Shown piece by piece: positions 28,464-42,110 of a DNA stretch of 62,650 nt. The translations under genes and the position numbers were made by a program. Within the stretch, counting starts at the first letter, position 1; every line of letters starts with the position of its first letter. The notes under the pieces are model-generated. The model was not told where the DNA came from. It saw nothing but the letters and a program-made list of their open reading frames with translations, and made no database searches. Source of the stretch: an uncultured Alphaproteobacteria bacterium (GTDB lineage: Bacteria; Pseudomonadota; Alphaproteobacteria; Bin95); NCBI GenBank assembly GCA_963974445.1, contig CAXBDI010000005.1, forward strand, positions 1 to 62,650, written 5' to 3'.

Positions 28464-29774
28464 TTACCGTTTCAGGTTGGTCGTCTCCTGCAGCATTTCG
28501 TCCACCGTCGTAATGATCCGGGCGTTGGAGCTGTAGGAGCGCTGGGTCTGGATCAAGTCCGTCAACTCCTGCGCGATATCGACAGTGGAGTTCTCGATCG
28601 AAAAGCCTTGAGTGGTGCCTACAGGACCCTGACCGGAGTCGAACAGAAACAGGCCGCCACTATCGCGCGTCAATTGAAAGGCGTTGCCTTCCGACACTCG
28701 CAAGCCGTTGGGGTTGATCACGTCGGCGACCGGCAGCCGGTAAATCGGGCTGGTTTGGCCATTGTCGAAGATGGCGTTGACGATGCCATCGTCACCGATC
28801 TCCACACGCAGAATATTGCCGAACCCGGCGCCGTCTTTATTGATTCGCAGCGGCGCGAATTCGCCGGAAAACTGCACCAGCCCATCGCCGGCATTCGGGA
28901 CGCCGATGGTCAGGTCGATGTCGTTGCCGCCTGCCACCGTCATGGTCAGCGCACCCGTGGTTGCATCGTAGGCGCCGGTTGTCGCGGAAACGGAGGCGAG
29001 CGAACCGGCATTGGCGCCGGTCAGGTTGAACTGGATATCGAAATCGCCGATGGTCGCGCCATTGGCGCTATCGATCACCGTGACCATCCAGTTGCCGGAC
29101 TGCCCCGTGGCCGGGATGACGGGGGAGAAGGTCAGGGTCAGCGTCTCGCTCTTGCCCAACTCGTCGAAATACTCCACCGGCAGGGCGAGAGGGTCGCCAG
29201 ACGCCGTTGATTCCGTATCCTGAGCCGGCAGGTTGCCTGCGAACTCGATCAGTGTCGTCGGGCTCGCCTTGAACCCGCCCGCTGCGATATTCACCACCTC
29301 GAGTGCATCGAAGGTGTTGCGGGCAAAGGCCGGGTTGATAGGCGCGCCGGTTTGGTCGACCTTGATGCCTAACAGAAACAACCCGGAACTCGTCACCAGA
29401 TTGCCGTCGACATCCGGCCGGAACGACCCTGTGGTCGCCAGGCGGAAATTGTCCCGCGCTGCATCCAATGCGTCCGGCGTCTGGGACTGTACCACCGGAA
29501 TGAAGCCGCGGCCGTTGATCGAGATATCGGTGCTGTTGCTGCTGGCCTCGACCAAACCGCGTTGGTCGATGCTCCGCCGTACGTTCGAGGTGACGCCGCC
29601 GGCGGTGAAACCACCCGGTTGATCGGCGGACAGGACGATTGTCGAAAAATCGATCTCCGCCCGCTTGTAGCCGTTGGTGTTGTTATTGGCGATGTTCTCC
29701 GAAATTGTCGCCAATCGGGCAGCATTGGCCTGCAACCCCAATACGCCGGCATTCATCGAGGAGCCTAAGCTCAT
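28464..29774 (-). CDS. flgE: Flagellar hook protein FlgE
   Basis: MSLGSSMNAGVLGL...ISENIANNNTNGYK; C-terminal ENSTVDIAQELTDLIQTQRSYSSNA. Confidence 0.93.
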   Translation of the reverse strand: MSLGSSMNAGVLGLQANAARLATISENIANNNTNGYKRAEIDFSTIVLSADQPGGFTAGGVTSNVRRSIDQRGLVEASSNSTDISINGRGFIPVVQSQTPDALDAARDNFRLATTGSFRPDVDGNLVTSSGLFLLGIKVDQTGAPINPAFARNTFDALEVVNIAAGGFKASPTTLIEFAGNLPAQDTESTASGDPLALPVEYFDELGKSETLTLTFSPVIPATGQSGNWMVTVIDSANGATIGDFDIQFNLTGANAGSLASVSATTGAYDATTGALTMTVAGGNDIDLTIGVPNAGDGLVQFSGEFAPLRINKDGAGFGNILRVEIGDDGIVNAIFDNGQTSPIYRLPVADVINPNGLRVSEGNAFQLTRDSGGLFLFDSGQGPVGTTQGFSIENSTVDIAQELTDLIQTQRSYSSNARIITTVDEMLQETTNLKR

Positions 29775-29862
29775 AAGTTCATCCACCCTTTGACTACGAA
29801 ACCGGGACATCGCGTCGGACAAGCCGATAGCGACAGATTATCCGTACAGTGACGACAAGGAC

Positions 29863-29877
29863 TTAAATTGGCGCTAA
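29863..29877 (-). promoter_or_regulatory. CtrA-like box upstream of flgE
   Basis: Minus strand TTAG-N7-TTAA, one mismatch to TTAA-N7-TTAA, in an AT-rich gap about 90 bp upstream of flgE. Confidence 0.5.
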
Positions 29878-29923
29878 TAAAAATGTCGACAAATACAGAT
29901 GAGTAGCTGGACTACACGCGCAC

Positions 29924-30973
29924 TCAGCGGTCGCCGCGCATGATGATGATGCCAATGCGGCGGTTGCGCGGGTCGATGCTGGCGCCTTCGATCAGCGGCA
30001 CGGTGTCGGCCAGCCCCTCCACCCGGCTGATACGGTCGGCGCCGACGCCATACTGCTGCAGGATTCGGCGGGCGGTGTTGGCGCGCTCCGCCGAAAGTTC
30101 CCAATTGCTGTAGCCGCTGCGCCCGACGAAGGGGGAGGAATCGGTGTGGCCGGTCAGGGCGACTTTGTTGTCGACGTCGCGAACCACCTCGGCGATCACT
30201 TGCACAAGCGAGCGCATGCGCGGCGTCGCCTCGGTTGCGCCCGAGCGGAACATCGGCTTGCCATCCCGGTCCACGACCTCGATGCGCAGCCCTTCCTCCG
30301 TCACCCGGAAGATCAGGTGCTGGTCGAGCCCCTGAAAATCGGCACGCGCGCGCACCCGTTCGGTAATCTCGCGAGCCAGTTGCTGGCCTTCGGCCCGCTG
30401 CTCGGCGCGGGCCTTTTGCTCGTCTGTTATGTCGGAGGGTTGGTCGTACGCCTCTTGCTCGTCTGCCGTATTGGCGGGTTGGTCGTACGCCGTAGCCGGA
30501 CCTTCCAGCGCGCTGTTGCCGCCGTTCTGCCGGCGCAGTTCGCCTTGCTGCTCGCGGTCGCGCAGTTGGCCTGGCTGGCGGGTGAGGTCAATGTTATGCG
30601 CCGCCGTGTCTGGCGCATCTTGCGGCTTGTCCTCGTTGAACTTCGTGCGCGTCTCGTCGTTGCCGATTGCCTCGCTGGCCGTGCCGCCAGTGCCATTCTG
30701 CGCCAATTGCTCCTTTGCGAACATCGACGAGCCCATGAACATGTCAGAGCCGCCGCCGGACACCTTGCTGATCGGTATGCGAGGGTCGAAGTAGTCGGCA
30801 AGGCCCTTGCGCTGGCTTTCGGTGGTCGCGTTCAGCAGCCACATCAGCAGGAAAAACGCCATCATCGCCGTTACAAAGTCGGCATAGGCGACTTTCCAGG
30901 CGCCGCCATGATGCGCATGCCCATGCGCGGCTTTGATACGTTTAATGACGATGGTATCATTGGTGTTATTCAT
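29924..30973 (-). CDS. motB: Flagellar motor stator protein MotB
   Basis: GGAWKVAYADFVTAMMAFFLLMWL TM motif; OmpA-like C-terminal GHTD...NWELSAERAN...NRRI. Confidence 0.95.
   Translation of the reverse strand: MNNTNDTIVIKRIKAAHGHAHHGGAWKVAYADFVTAMMAFFLLMWLLNATTESQRKGLADYFDPRIPISKVSGGGSDMFMGSSMFAKEQLAQNGTGGTASEAIGNDETRTKFNEDKPQDAPDTAAHNIDLTRQPGQLRDREQQGELRRQNGGNSALEGPATAYDQPANTADEQEAYDQPSDITDEQKARAEQRAEGQQLAREITERVRARADFQGLDQHLIFRVTEEGLRIEVVDRDGKPMFRSGATEATPRMRSLVQVIAEVVRDVDNKVALTGHTDSSPFVGRSGYSNWELSAERANTARRILQQYGVGADRISRVEGLADTVPLIEGASIDPRNRRIGIIIMRGDR
30411..30491 (-). repeat. 39-bp in-frame tandem duplication in the motB linker
   Basis: Encodes AYDQPANTADEQE / AYDQPSDITDEQK; the DNA blocks TTGCTCGTCTG and GGGTTGGTCGTACGCC each recur at 39-bp spacing. 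Confidence 0.8.
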
Positions 30974-31052
30974 TGCGGCGATTGCCTTGCCGAAAGCTGT
31001 TGGCGCACGCCAATTTGCGCACCGGTTCAGCCTTCAGATAACGCCGTGATCC

Positions 31053-31067
31053 TTAAGACAAGCTTAC
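31053..31067 (-). promoter_or_regulatory. CtrA-like box upstream of motB
   Basis: Minus strand GTAA-N7-TTAA about 80 bp upstream of the motB start. Confidence 0.55.
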
Positions 31068-31098
31068 GTACGCACCGCCGCCGGCTGCGCAAGACGGC

Positions 31099-32679
31099 CT
31101 AAACCGTCTCACCGGCCAATGCCTCGTCGATCAGAGCAATCGTCTCGTCGATGCCGTAGAGCGCGATGAAAGAGCCCATTCGCGGGCCCTGGCTTTGACC
31201 GAGCAGCGTCTCATACAGCGCCCGGAACCAGTCGCGCAGGTTCTCGAAGCCGTGCTGCTTGCCGATTTCATAAACTTTGTTCTGCAAGGTCTCGGCCGTC
31301 GCATCCGACGGTGCATCGGCCAGCACGGTGCGCAGGTCGGCCAGTGCCGCCCGCTCCTGCTCGGTCGGCGGCCGATAGGCTTTCTCCGGCTTCACGAAGT
31401 CTTGGTAGTACCGAACCGCATAGCCGGCCAACCGGTCCAGCAAAGGCGCGGTCTGCGGCGTCGCGCTCGGCTGATAGCGGGAGATAAAACCCCACAGCAC
31501 CGCCTTGTCGTCCGCATTGGCGACGCTCGCCAAGTTCAGCAGGATGCCGAACGACAAATCGACCTCCGGCGGCGGCACCTCGCCGCCATGGATATGCCAG
31601 ACCGGGTTTTCCAGTTGTTGCGTCGGGTCCTGAGTCGGGTATTTCTGAATCCAGGTGCGGTATTCGTCGACCGCTTTCGGGATGACGTCGAAGAACAGCT
31701 TCTTCGCCGCCCGCGGCTTCTGAAACATGAACTGCGAAAGGCTCTCCGGCGGCGCGTATTTCAGCCAATCCTCGACCGCCAGGCCATTGCCTCTGGACTT
31801 GGAAATCTTCTCGCCGTTTTCGTCGAGGAACAGTTCGTAGGTGAAGCCCTCCGGCGGGCGTCCACCCAGAATGCGGCAGATCTTCGACGACAGGTTCACC
31901 GAGTCGATCAAGTCCTTGCCGCTCATCTCATAATCGACGTTCAGGGCGAACCAGCGCATCGCCCAATCGACCTTCCATTGCAGCTTGCAATGGCCGCCGG
32001 TCACCGGCACTTCGGCCAAGGTTCCGCTCTGCGGGTCGCGATAGGTCACCGTACCCGCGTCGGCGTCGTGCTGCACGATGGGCTCCTGCAAGACAATGCC
32101 GGTGCGCGGACAGATCGGCAGAAACGGGCTGTAGGTCGCCCGCCGCTCCGGCCCCAGCGTCGGCAGGATCACGTTAATGACGGCGTCGTAGTGGCGCAGC
32201 ACCTGCATCAACGCTTCGTCGAAGCGCCCGGACTTGTAGAAGTCCGTCGCGCTCTGAAAGGTATAGCTGAAGCCGAAGCTATCCAGAAACGCCCGCAGCC
32301 GCGCATTGTTGTGGTGGCCGAAGCTTTCGTGCGTGCCGAACGGGTCCGGCACTTGCGTCAATGGCTTGCCCAAATGCTCGGCCAGCATGTCCTTGTTCGG
32401 CACGTTGTCCGGCACCTTGCGCAGCCCGTCCATATCGTCGGAAAAGGCAAAGAGTTCGGTCGGAATATCCGAAATCTCCGCAAACGCCCGGCGCACCATG
32501 CTGGTCCGCGCCACCTCGCCAAAGGTCCCGATGTGCGGCAGGCCGGAGGGGCCATAGCCGGTTTCGAACAGCACATAACCCTTCGCCGGGACCGCATCGC
32601 CCACACGTTTGACGACCTTGCGTGCTTCCTCGAAAGGCCAGGCACGAGCGGTCAAACCAGCGGTGCGGCGTTCCGACAT
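31099..32679 (-). CDS. lysS: Lysine-tRNA ligase, class I
   Basis: [25 protein letters not shown] (HIGH-like), KISKSRGNG (KMSKS-like); alternative ATG at 32688. Confidence 0.96.
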   Translation of the reverse strand: MSERRTAGLTARAWPFEEARKVVKRVGDAVPAKGYVLFETGYGPSGLPHIGTFGEVARTSMVRRAFAEISDIPTELFAFSDDMDGLRKVPDNVPNKDMLAEHLGKPLTQVPDPFGTHESFGHHNNARLRAFLDSFGFSYTFQSATDFYKSGRFDEALMQVLRHYDAVINVILPTLGPERRATYSPFLPICPRTGIVLQEPIVQHDADAGTVTYRDPQSGTLAEVPVTGGHCKLQWKVDWAMRWFALNVDYEMSGKDLIDSVNLSSKICRILGGRPPEGFTYELFLDENGEKISKSRGNGLAVEDWLKYAPPESLSQFMFQKPRAAKKLFFDVIPKAVDEYRTWIQKYPTQDPTQQLENPVWHIHGGEVPPPEVDLSFGILLNLASVANADDKAVLWGFISRYQPSATPQTAPLLDRLAGYAVRYYQDFVKPEKAYRPPTEQERAALADLRTVLADAPSDATAETLQNKVYEIGKQHGFENLRDWFRALYETLLGQSQGPRMGSFIALYGIDETIALIDEALAGETV

Positions 32680-32921
32680 TATTGTCATTCCTTAAACCAA
32701 ATTTGAGTAGCAAAGCGCAGTACCTAGGACGTCCGGCATCGACGATCAATCGATCCGGCGCCAAGGCCAGACGATGCGGCTATTTTTCTGTTACCGCGTC
32801 ATTGAGATAGGCCTTTCCGCCGTGTAAAGACAGCGGCTATGACAGCCGCCGCTGTTCCACTCGGCACGGAAGGTGGAGGCAGTCAGATTGCGCAAGGCGC
32901 ACGCCGCGGAGAACCATACGG

Positions 32922-33755
32922 ATGAGCCTGTTCGATAGCATTCAACCCTATGCAAGGCGGGCTTTCATCAAAGTCAAACCCGTCGTCCAGCCGATTCTCA
33001 CGCCGAGACACTCCACCGACCAGAAGGCCATCACCTTCCTGACAGGCTTTCCGCGCTCCGGCACCAACATGGTATTGGAAGTGTTCGAATGGAGCGGCAA
33101 GACAGAAGTCTTTCGCGAAGGCGACCCGCGCGTCTATGGCAATTTTCAACTCAAAGAGAATGCCAATTTGGTTTCACACGTCAAGGCGTCGCCCGCCAAG
33201 CATGTGATGGTCAAGGCGTTACTGGATAGCCATCGGCTCAAAGGATTGATGGAGTTGTTTCCAGGCAGCGGCGTCATTTGGATTTACCGGCACTATGACG
33301 ACAGCGTTAATTCCATCATGGACCTCTGGCCGGGTCACCGTAACGGCATCGACGATATCGTCGCCGGCGGCATCGATGCTGCCGGATGGCGCGGCGCCAA
33401 CATGTCGGCAGATACGCTGGCGCAGTTGCGCGCCGAGTATCAGCCGGAATGGAACGACGCGACCTGCAACGCCTGGTTTTGGTACCTGCGCCAGCAGCTC
33501 TACTACGATCAAGGTTTCCCGGAAAACGAGCGTGCGATTCTCGTACGCTATGAATCCCTCGTGACCGATCCGCTGCGGGTGATCCGGCCACTAGCCGACC
33601 TGGTCGGCGTATCGCTGACGCAGGTGATGGCGTCGGTACCGCATGCCCGTTCGGTGCGAAAACGGCCTTCGCCGGATATCGCGCCGGCGATTCGCGAGCG
33701 CTGTGAGGCCATGCTGGCTCGCCTCGACGCCACGTGGGAAGCGCAAGGCATTTAA
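32922..33755 (+). CDS. Sulfotransferase family protein
   Basis: 5'-PSB loop TGFPRSGTNM, 3'-PB-like IWIYRHYDDSVNS, VRYESLVTDP; GGAG RBS. Confidence 0.8.
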   Translation: MSLFDSIQPYARRAFIKVKPVVQPILTPRHSTDQKAITFLTGFPRSGTNMVLEVFEWSGKTEVFREGDPRVYGNFQLKENANLVSHVKASPAKHVMVKALLDSHRLKGLMELFPGSGVIWIYRHYDDSVNSIMDLWPGHRNGIDDIVAGGIDAAGWRGANMSADTLAQLRAEYQPEWNDATCNAWFWYLRQQLYYDQGFPENERAILVRYESLVTDPLRVIRPLADLVGVSLTQVMASVPHARSVRKRPSPDIAPAIRERCEAMLARLDATWEAQGI

Positions 33756-33836
33756 GGCTGGCCTCACCTAGCCATTGCGTTACCGGGGCCCGGCGCGGCA
33801 CTCTGCGGCGATGATCAGCGCCGATACGCCTTACCC

Positions 33837-36623
33837 ATGGCCCGCTCAATGACAAGCCTGCCGGAAAATGCAGCGCCGTCCGGCGAAGCGTCATCGCTGG
33901 ACCAGTTACCCGTCCTGGTCTGCGGCGTCCGCAGTGCTGCTTGGCAGCCGCCGGGCGATGCGGCGGAGATCGTGACGCTCGGCATCGCACAGAGCCGGGC
34001 TGGCGAGACGCCGCCGCTGGTCTGCCACCGCGCCACCATTGCCCAACGCCTGCGCCTGAACGACCTTCGCTGCTACGACGTGCTGGAACTCTACGCCTTC
34101 GCACGTCCAGCCCGTGCCTGCCTGCCGACACCCGCCGGTCTCGCGAGGGCACTGGGATTGCCGCATCCTCGCGCGCTGGCGGACGAGCCGACGGCACTCA
34201 AGGATGCCGCCAACGCACTGCTGCGGGAAATCCAAACGGATACCGACCCGACGCTCGGGCCGCTGGCTTGGCAGATGGCGCGGGGCGGCTGGATCTGGGG
34301 GCCGCTGGTGCTGGCCCGCACCGGCATTCCCGACGGCAGCCGCTCCGGGCGCGCCCGCCATGCCATGCAGGCCTGGGAGCGGCGGCCGACTTGGGAGGAG
34401 CGCGCGCCGGAGGGTGCGCCGGGCACCGAGCCCATCGATCCCGCCGACACCCGCCGCCGGCTGGTAGAACTGCTCGGCAACGAGGCGGAGCAACGGCCGA
34501 GCCAGGCGGACTACGCCGACGCCGTCACCGCCGCCTTTCAACCGCGCGAGCATGAGGACGAGCCGAACCTGGTGCTGGCCGAGGCCGGCACCGGTATCGG
34601 CAAGACGCTTGGCTATCTGGCGCCGGCCAGTCTTTGGTCCGAGGTGAACGGCGCGCCGGTCTGGGTTTCCACCTACACCCGCAATTTGCAGCAACAGATC
34701 GACCGGGAGTTGGACCGGCTGTTTCCCTTGCCCTCCGACAAACGCGAGCGGGTCGTGGTGCGCAAGGGGCGCGAGAATTATCTCTGCCTGCTGAATTATG
34801 AGGAGGCGACGGGCACCCTGTTCGCGCAGGGGCCGGACGCCATCGGCCTCGGCCTGATGGCGCGCTGGATCGGGGCGACCCGCGACGGCGACATGGTCGG
34901 CGGCGACCTGCCGGCATGGCTGATCGACATCGCCGGCCCGCGCCTGACTCTGGGCCTGGCGGACCGGCGCGGCGAGTGCATCTACGCCGCCTGCCCACAC
35001 TACCGCAAATGCTTCATCGAGGCGAGCGTGCGCGCCGCCCGCCGCGCCGATATCGTCATCGCCAACCACGCGCTGGTGATGGCGCAGGCGGCGCTGGGCG
35101 GCATTGACGACGGCTATCTGCCGACCCGCTATGTCTTCGACGAGGGCCATCATGTCTTCGACGCCGCCGACAGCGCCTTCGCCGCCGAACTGACCGGGCG
35201 GGAGGCATCGGAACTGCGCCGCTGGATGCTGGGGGCCGAGGGCAGCAGCAGCCGCGCCCGTGGCCTGCGCCGCCGGATCGAAGACTTGCTGCCGGCAGAA
35301 CAAGAGGCCGCGGCTCTGCTGGATGCGGTCCTGCACTCTGCGCGCGCGCTGCCGGGCGACGGCTGGCTGCAGCGCATCACCGACGACAAACCGCAAGGGC
35401 CCGCCGAAACCTTCCTCGCCCGCATCCGCCAGCAGGTGCGGGCCCGTGTCGTCAATGCCGGCGGCCCCTTCAGCCTGGAGTGCGGCACCCGCCCGCCGGT
35501 GGAGGGTCTGCTGGAGGCAGCCGCCAAGTTCTCGTTCGCGCTGGAGCAAATTCGCGAGCCGCTGGCCAAGCTCCGCCAGATCATGCTGCAACGGCTCGAC
35601 GATGAGGCCGAGGACCTCGACACCAGCACCCGCCAGCGCATCGAAAGCCTCGCCCGCACCCTGACCCGGCGCGGCGACCATCAGGTGGCGGCCTGGTCCG
35701 ACATGCTGGCCGCCCTGCAATCGGAGCCGCAGGAGCAATACGTCGACTGGTTCGCGCTCGACCGGGTCGCCGGGCAGGAGCGCGATGTCGGCATGCACCG
35801 CCACTGGCTCGATCCGGCGATCCCGTTTGCGGCGGCGGTCATGCAGCAGTCGCACGGCCTGGTCATCACATCGGCGACGCTGCGCGACACCACCGGCAAT
35901 GCGGAGACCGACTGGCTCACCGCCGAAACCCGGGTGGGCGCGCCGCACCTGCTCTCCACGCCAATGCGGGCTGCGATGGCCTCTCCGTTCAACTATGGCG
36001 CCAATACGCGCATCCTGCTGGTCAATGACGTCAACAAGAGCGATGCCGACCGGGTTGCCGCCGCCTATCGGGTGCTGTTCCTGGCCGCCCGCGGCGGCGC
36101 ATTGGGGCTATTCACCGCCATTCACCGCCTGCGCGCGGTCTATCAACGGCTGGCCGGACCGCTGGAGGCCGCGGGTATCGCGCTGCACGCCCAGCACGTC
36201 GACAAGCTGGACACCGCCAGCCTGGTCGATATCTTCCGCGCCGATCCGAACTCCTGCCTGCTGGGTACGGACGCAGTGCGCGACGGTGTCGATGTGCCGG
36301 GCAACGCGTTGCGCCTGATCGTGTTCGACCGGCTGCCCTGGCCGCGCCCCGACATCCTGCACAAGGCGCGGCGCAAGGCGTTCGGCGGCGGCCGCTACGA
36401 CGACCTGATCGCGCGGATGCGGCTGCGTCAGGCGTTCGGGCGGCTGGTGCGGCGCAACGACGACGCCGGGGTCTTTGTCCTGCTCGATTCCGCGCTGCCT
36501 TCACGCCTTGCAACCGCCTTTCCGGAAGATGTGATGATCAGCCGGGTCGGCCTGGCGGAGGCGACGCAGTTCGTCGGCCAGTTTTTGGCGTCGAAGGGCT
36601 TGATTCCGCCACCGGCGGGTTGA
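33837..36623 (+). CDS. ATP-dependent DNA helicase, DinG/YoaA family
   Basis: EAGTGIGKT, RKGRENYLC, Fe-S cysteines (ECIYAACPHYRKC), FDEGHH, TSATL, QAFGRLVR. Confidence 0.92.
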   Translation: MARSMTSLPENAAPSGEASSLDQLPVLVCGVRSAAWQPPGDAAEIVTLGIAQSRAGETPPLVCHRATIAQRLRLNDLRCYDVLELYAFARPARACLPTPAGLARALGLPHPRALADEPTALKDAANALLREIQTDTDPTLGPLAWQMARGGWIWGPLVLARTGIPDGSRSGRARHAMQAWERRPTWEERAPEGAPGTEPIDPADTRRRLVELLGNEAEQRPSQADYADAVTAAFQPREHEDEPNLVLAEAGTGIGKTLGYLAPASLWSEVNGAPVWVSTYTRNLQQQIDRELDRLFPLPSDKRERVVVRKGRENYLCLLNYEEATGTLFAQGPDAIGLGLMARWIGATRDGDMVGGDLPAWLIDIAGPRLTLGLADRRGECIYAACPHYRKCFIEASVRAARRADIVIANHALVMAQAALGGIDDGYLPTRYVFDEGHHVFDAADSAFAAELTGREASELRRWMLGAEGSSSRARGLRRRIEDLLPAEQEAAALLDAVLHSARALPGDGWLQRITDDKPQGPAETFLARIRQQVRARVVNAGGPFSLECGTRPPVEGLLEAAAKFSFALEQIREPLAKLRQIMLQRLDDEAEDLDTSTRQRIESLARTLTRRGDHQVAAWSDMLAALQSEPQEQYVDWFALDRVAGQERDVGMHRHWLDPAIPFAAAVMQQSHGLVITSATLRDTTGNAETDWLTAETRVGAPHLLSTPMRAAMASPFNYGANTRILLVNDVNKSDADRVAAAYRVLFLAARGGALGLFTAIHRLRAVYQRLAGPLEAAGIALHAQHVDKLDTASLVDIFRADPNSCLLGTDAVRDGVDVPGNALRLIVFDRLPWPRPDILHKARRKAFGGGRYDDLIARMRLRQAFGRLVRRNDDAGVFVLLDSALPSRLATAFPEDVMISRVGLAEATQFVGQFLASKGLIPPPAG

Positions 36624-36701
36624 CCTTTGCGGCACTCCACCCCTAATGCCACTAGCTTCCTGCTTTCGTTCTCTCCATTGCATAAAAAGGCGGTGCCAAC
36701 C

Positions 36702-37121
36702 GTGTCCGAAACCTCAGTCATCGATCATCACACGGCCCTTATCTACGTCATGGTTCTGATTTCGGCCTCCGATGGCGAAATGACCGATGCGGAACTCGCC
36801 CAAATCGGCAATATCGTGACACACCTGCCGGTTTTCCGAGATTTCGATGTGGAGCGGCTGTCCAGCGTCGCCGCATCCTGCAATGACATCTTACAGGACG
36901 AGGACGGCCTCGACACCGCGCTGGCGCTGGTCAATGCCGGCCTGCCGGAGAAGCTGCGCGAGACCGCCTATGCGATGGCGTGCGATGTCGCCGCCGCCGA
37001 CGGGCAGATCAAGCAGGAAGAGTTGCGGTTGCTGGAAATCATGCGCCACGAACTGCGCGTTGGCCGTCTACCGGCCGCTGCGATCGAGCGCGGCGCACGC
37101 GCCCGGCACACGGTCCTGTAA
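36702..37121 (+). CDS. TerB-family (tellurite resistance-like) protein
   Basis: ALIYVMVLISASDGEMTDAE...ETAYAMACDVAAADG...AAIERGARAR; GTG start inferred. Confidence 0.85.
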   Translation: MSETSVIDHHTALIYVMVLISASDGEMTDAELAQIGNIVTHLPVFRDFDVERLSSVAASCNDILQDEDGLDTALALVNAGLPEKLRETAYAMACDVAAADGQIKQEELRLLEIMRHELRVGRLPAAAIERGARARHTVL

Positions 37122-37169
37122 AATTCACTGCACCGGAAGCCACAATAGCGATTGAGACTGCCATCGCGC

Positions 37170-37197
37170 TTGGAATCGGCTAAGGTGCTGCTATACT
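37170..37197 (+). promoter_or_regulatory. Putative sigma70-type promoter for dnaN-recF-gyrB
   Basis: TTGGAA-N16-TATACT about 90 bp upstream of dnaN. Confidence 0.45.
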
Positions 37198-37283
37198 TCC
37201 GGTCCTTTCCCCCTCGGGGTGCGTTGACCCAGATATAGTATGCACCTGCGAGGCTAGCTCAACATGTTGGTATTGGTTCAGCG

Positions 37284-38402
37284 ATGAAAGTGACGATCGA
37301 GCGCGCAGCACTCCTGAAGGCGTTGGCGCACGCCCAAAGTGTGGTGGAGCGCCGCAATACGATCCCCATCCTGGCCAACGTTCGCCTTTCCGCTGAGGGA
37401 TCGAGTCTCTCGCTGACCGCGACCGATATGGACTTGTCGATTGTCGAGCAGACGGAAGTCGCGGTGACGTCGCCGGGTTCCACCACGGCGCCGGCCCACA
37501 TGCTCTACGACATCGCCCGCAAACTGCCGGAGGGCGCACAGGTTGAGCTGGATGCGACTACGAAGGAGGGTCAATTGACCCTGCGGGCTGGGCGTTCCAC
37601 CTTCTCCCTCGCCTCGCTGCCGGTGGATGAATTCCCGGTGTTGGCGCAGAGCGAAAGCGGGCACACGTTCACCGTGGCGGCCCGCGATCTGCGCAGCCTG
37701 ATCGACCGGGCGCGCTTTGCTATTTCGACCGAGGAAACCCGGTACTACTTGAATGGCATCTACCTGCATCCGACGGAGAACGAGGGCGTCGCCGTATTGC
37801 GCGCCGTCGCAACCGACGGCCACCGGCTCGCGCGGGTGGAAATCCCGCTGCCTGATGGGGCGGCTGGCATGCCGGGCGTCATCGTCCCGCGCAAGACCGT
37901 GGCGGAAGTCCGCAAGCTGCTTGACGATGCCAGCGACGATGTGCAGGTCACCGTGAGCGAGACCAAAATCCGCTTCGCTCTGGGGCCGGTCGAACTGACG
38001 TCGAAACTGATCGACGGCACCTTCCCGGAATATCAACGGGTAATCCCCCAGGGCAATGACAAGACGCTGGCCGTCGATTGCCAATCCTTCCGCGAGGCGG
38101 TGGATCGTGTCGCGACGATCTCCACGGAGAAATCGCGGGCGGTGAAGCTGGCCATCAATGGCAATACCGTGACGCTATCCGCCTCCAGTACCGATTCCGG
38201 TACTGCCAACGAGGAGTTGGAGGTCGAATACGGGTCGGAGGCGATGGAGATCGGCTTCAACGCGCGCTATCTTCTGGATATCGCTCAGCAGATCGAGGGC
38301 GACACAGCCGAGTTGTCGCTGGCCGATGGCGCCGCGCCGACCATCATCCGCGACCAGGCCGACGCCAGCGCGCTGTACGTGCTGATGCCGATGCGGGTCT
38401 AA
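37284..38402 (+). CDS. dnaN: DNA polymerase III beta sliding clamp
   Basis: VVERRNTIPILAN, TEETRYYLNG, VATDGHRL, SKLIDGTFPEY, YVLMPMRV. Confidence 0.98.
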   Translation: MKVTIERAALLKALAHAQSVVERRNTIPILANVRLSAEGSSLSLTATDMDLSIVEQTEVAVTSPGSTTAPAHMLYDIARKLPEGAQVELDATTKEGQLTLRAGRSTFSLASLPVDEFPVLAQSESGHTFTVAARDLRSLIDRARFAISTEETRYYLNGIYLHPTENEGVAVLRAVATDGHRLARVEIPLPDGAAGMPGVIVPRKTVAEVRKLLDDASDDVQVTVSETKIRFALGPVELTSKLIDGTFPEYQRVIPQGNDKTLAVDCQSFREAVDRVATISTEKSRAVKLAINGNTVTLSASSTDSGTANEELEVEYGSEAMEIGFNARYLLDIAQQIEGDTAELSLADGAAPTIIRDQADASALYVLMPMRV

Positions 38403-38427
38403 GCGACGACAGGCGAGGCTGCACGAT

Positions 38428-42059
<3,632 letters not shown>

Positions 42060-42110
42060 CGCCGTATCTCGGCACCATAAGCCCGCTTCCTCCCAAGGAT
42101 TTGTCCTAGC

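Noticed and set aside
31099-32679. Archaeal-type class I LysRS in a bacterium
   Set aside because: Class I LysRS is well established in Alphaproteobacteria.
37122-37283. Possible oriC next to dnaN
   Set aside because: Short gap, no clustered DnaA boxes or AT-rich unwinding element seen, and dnaA is absent.
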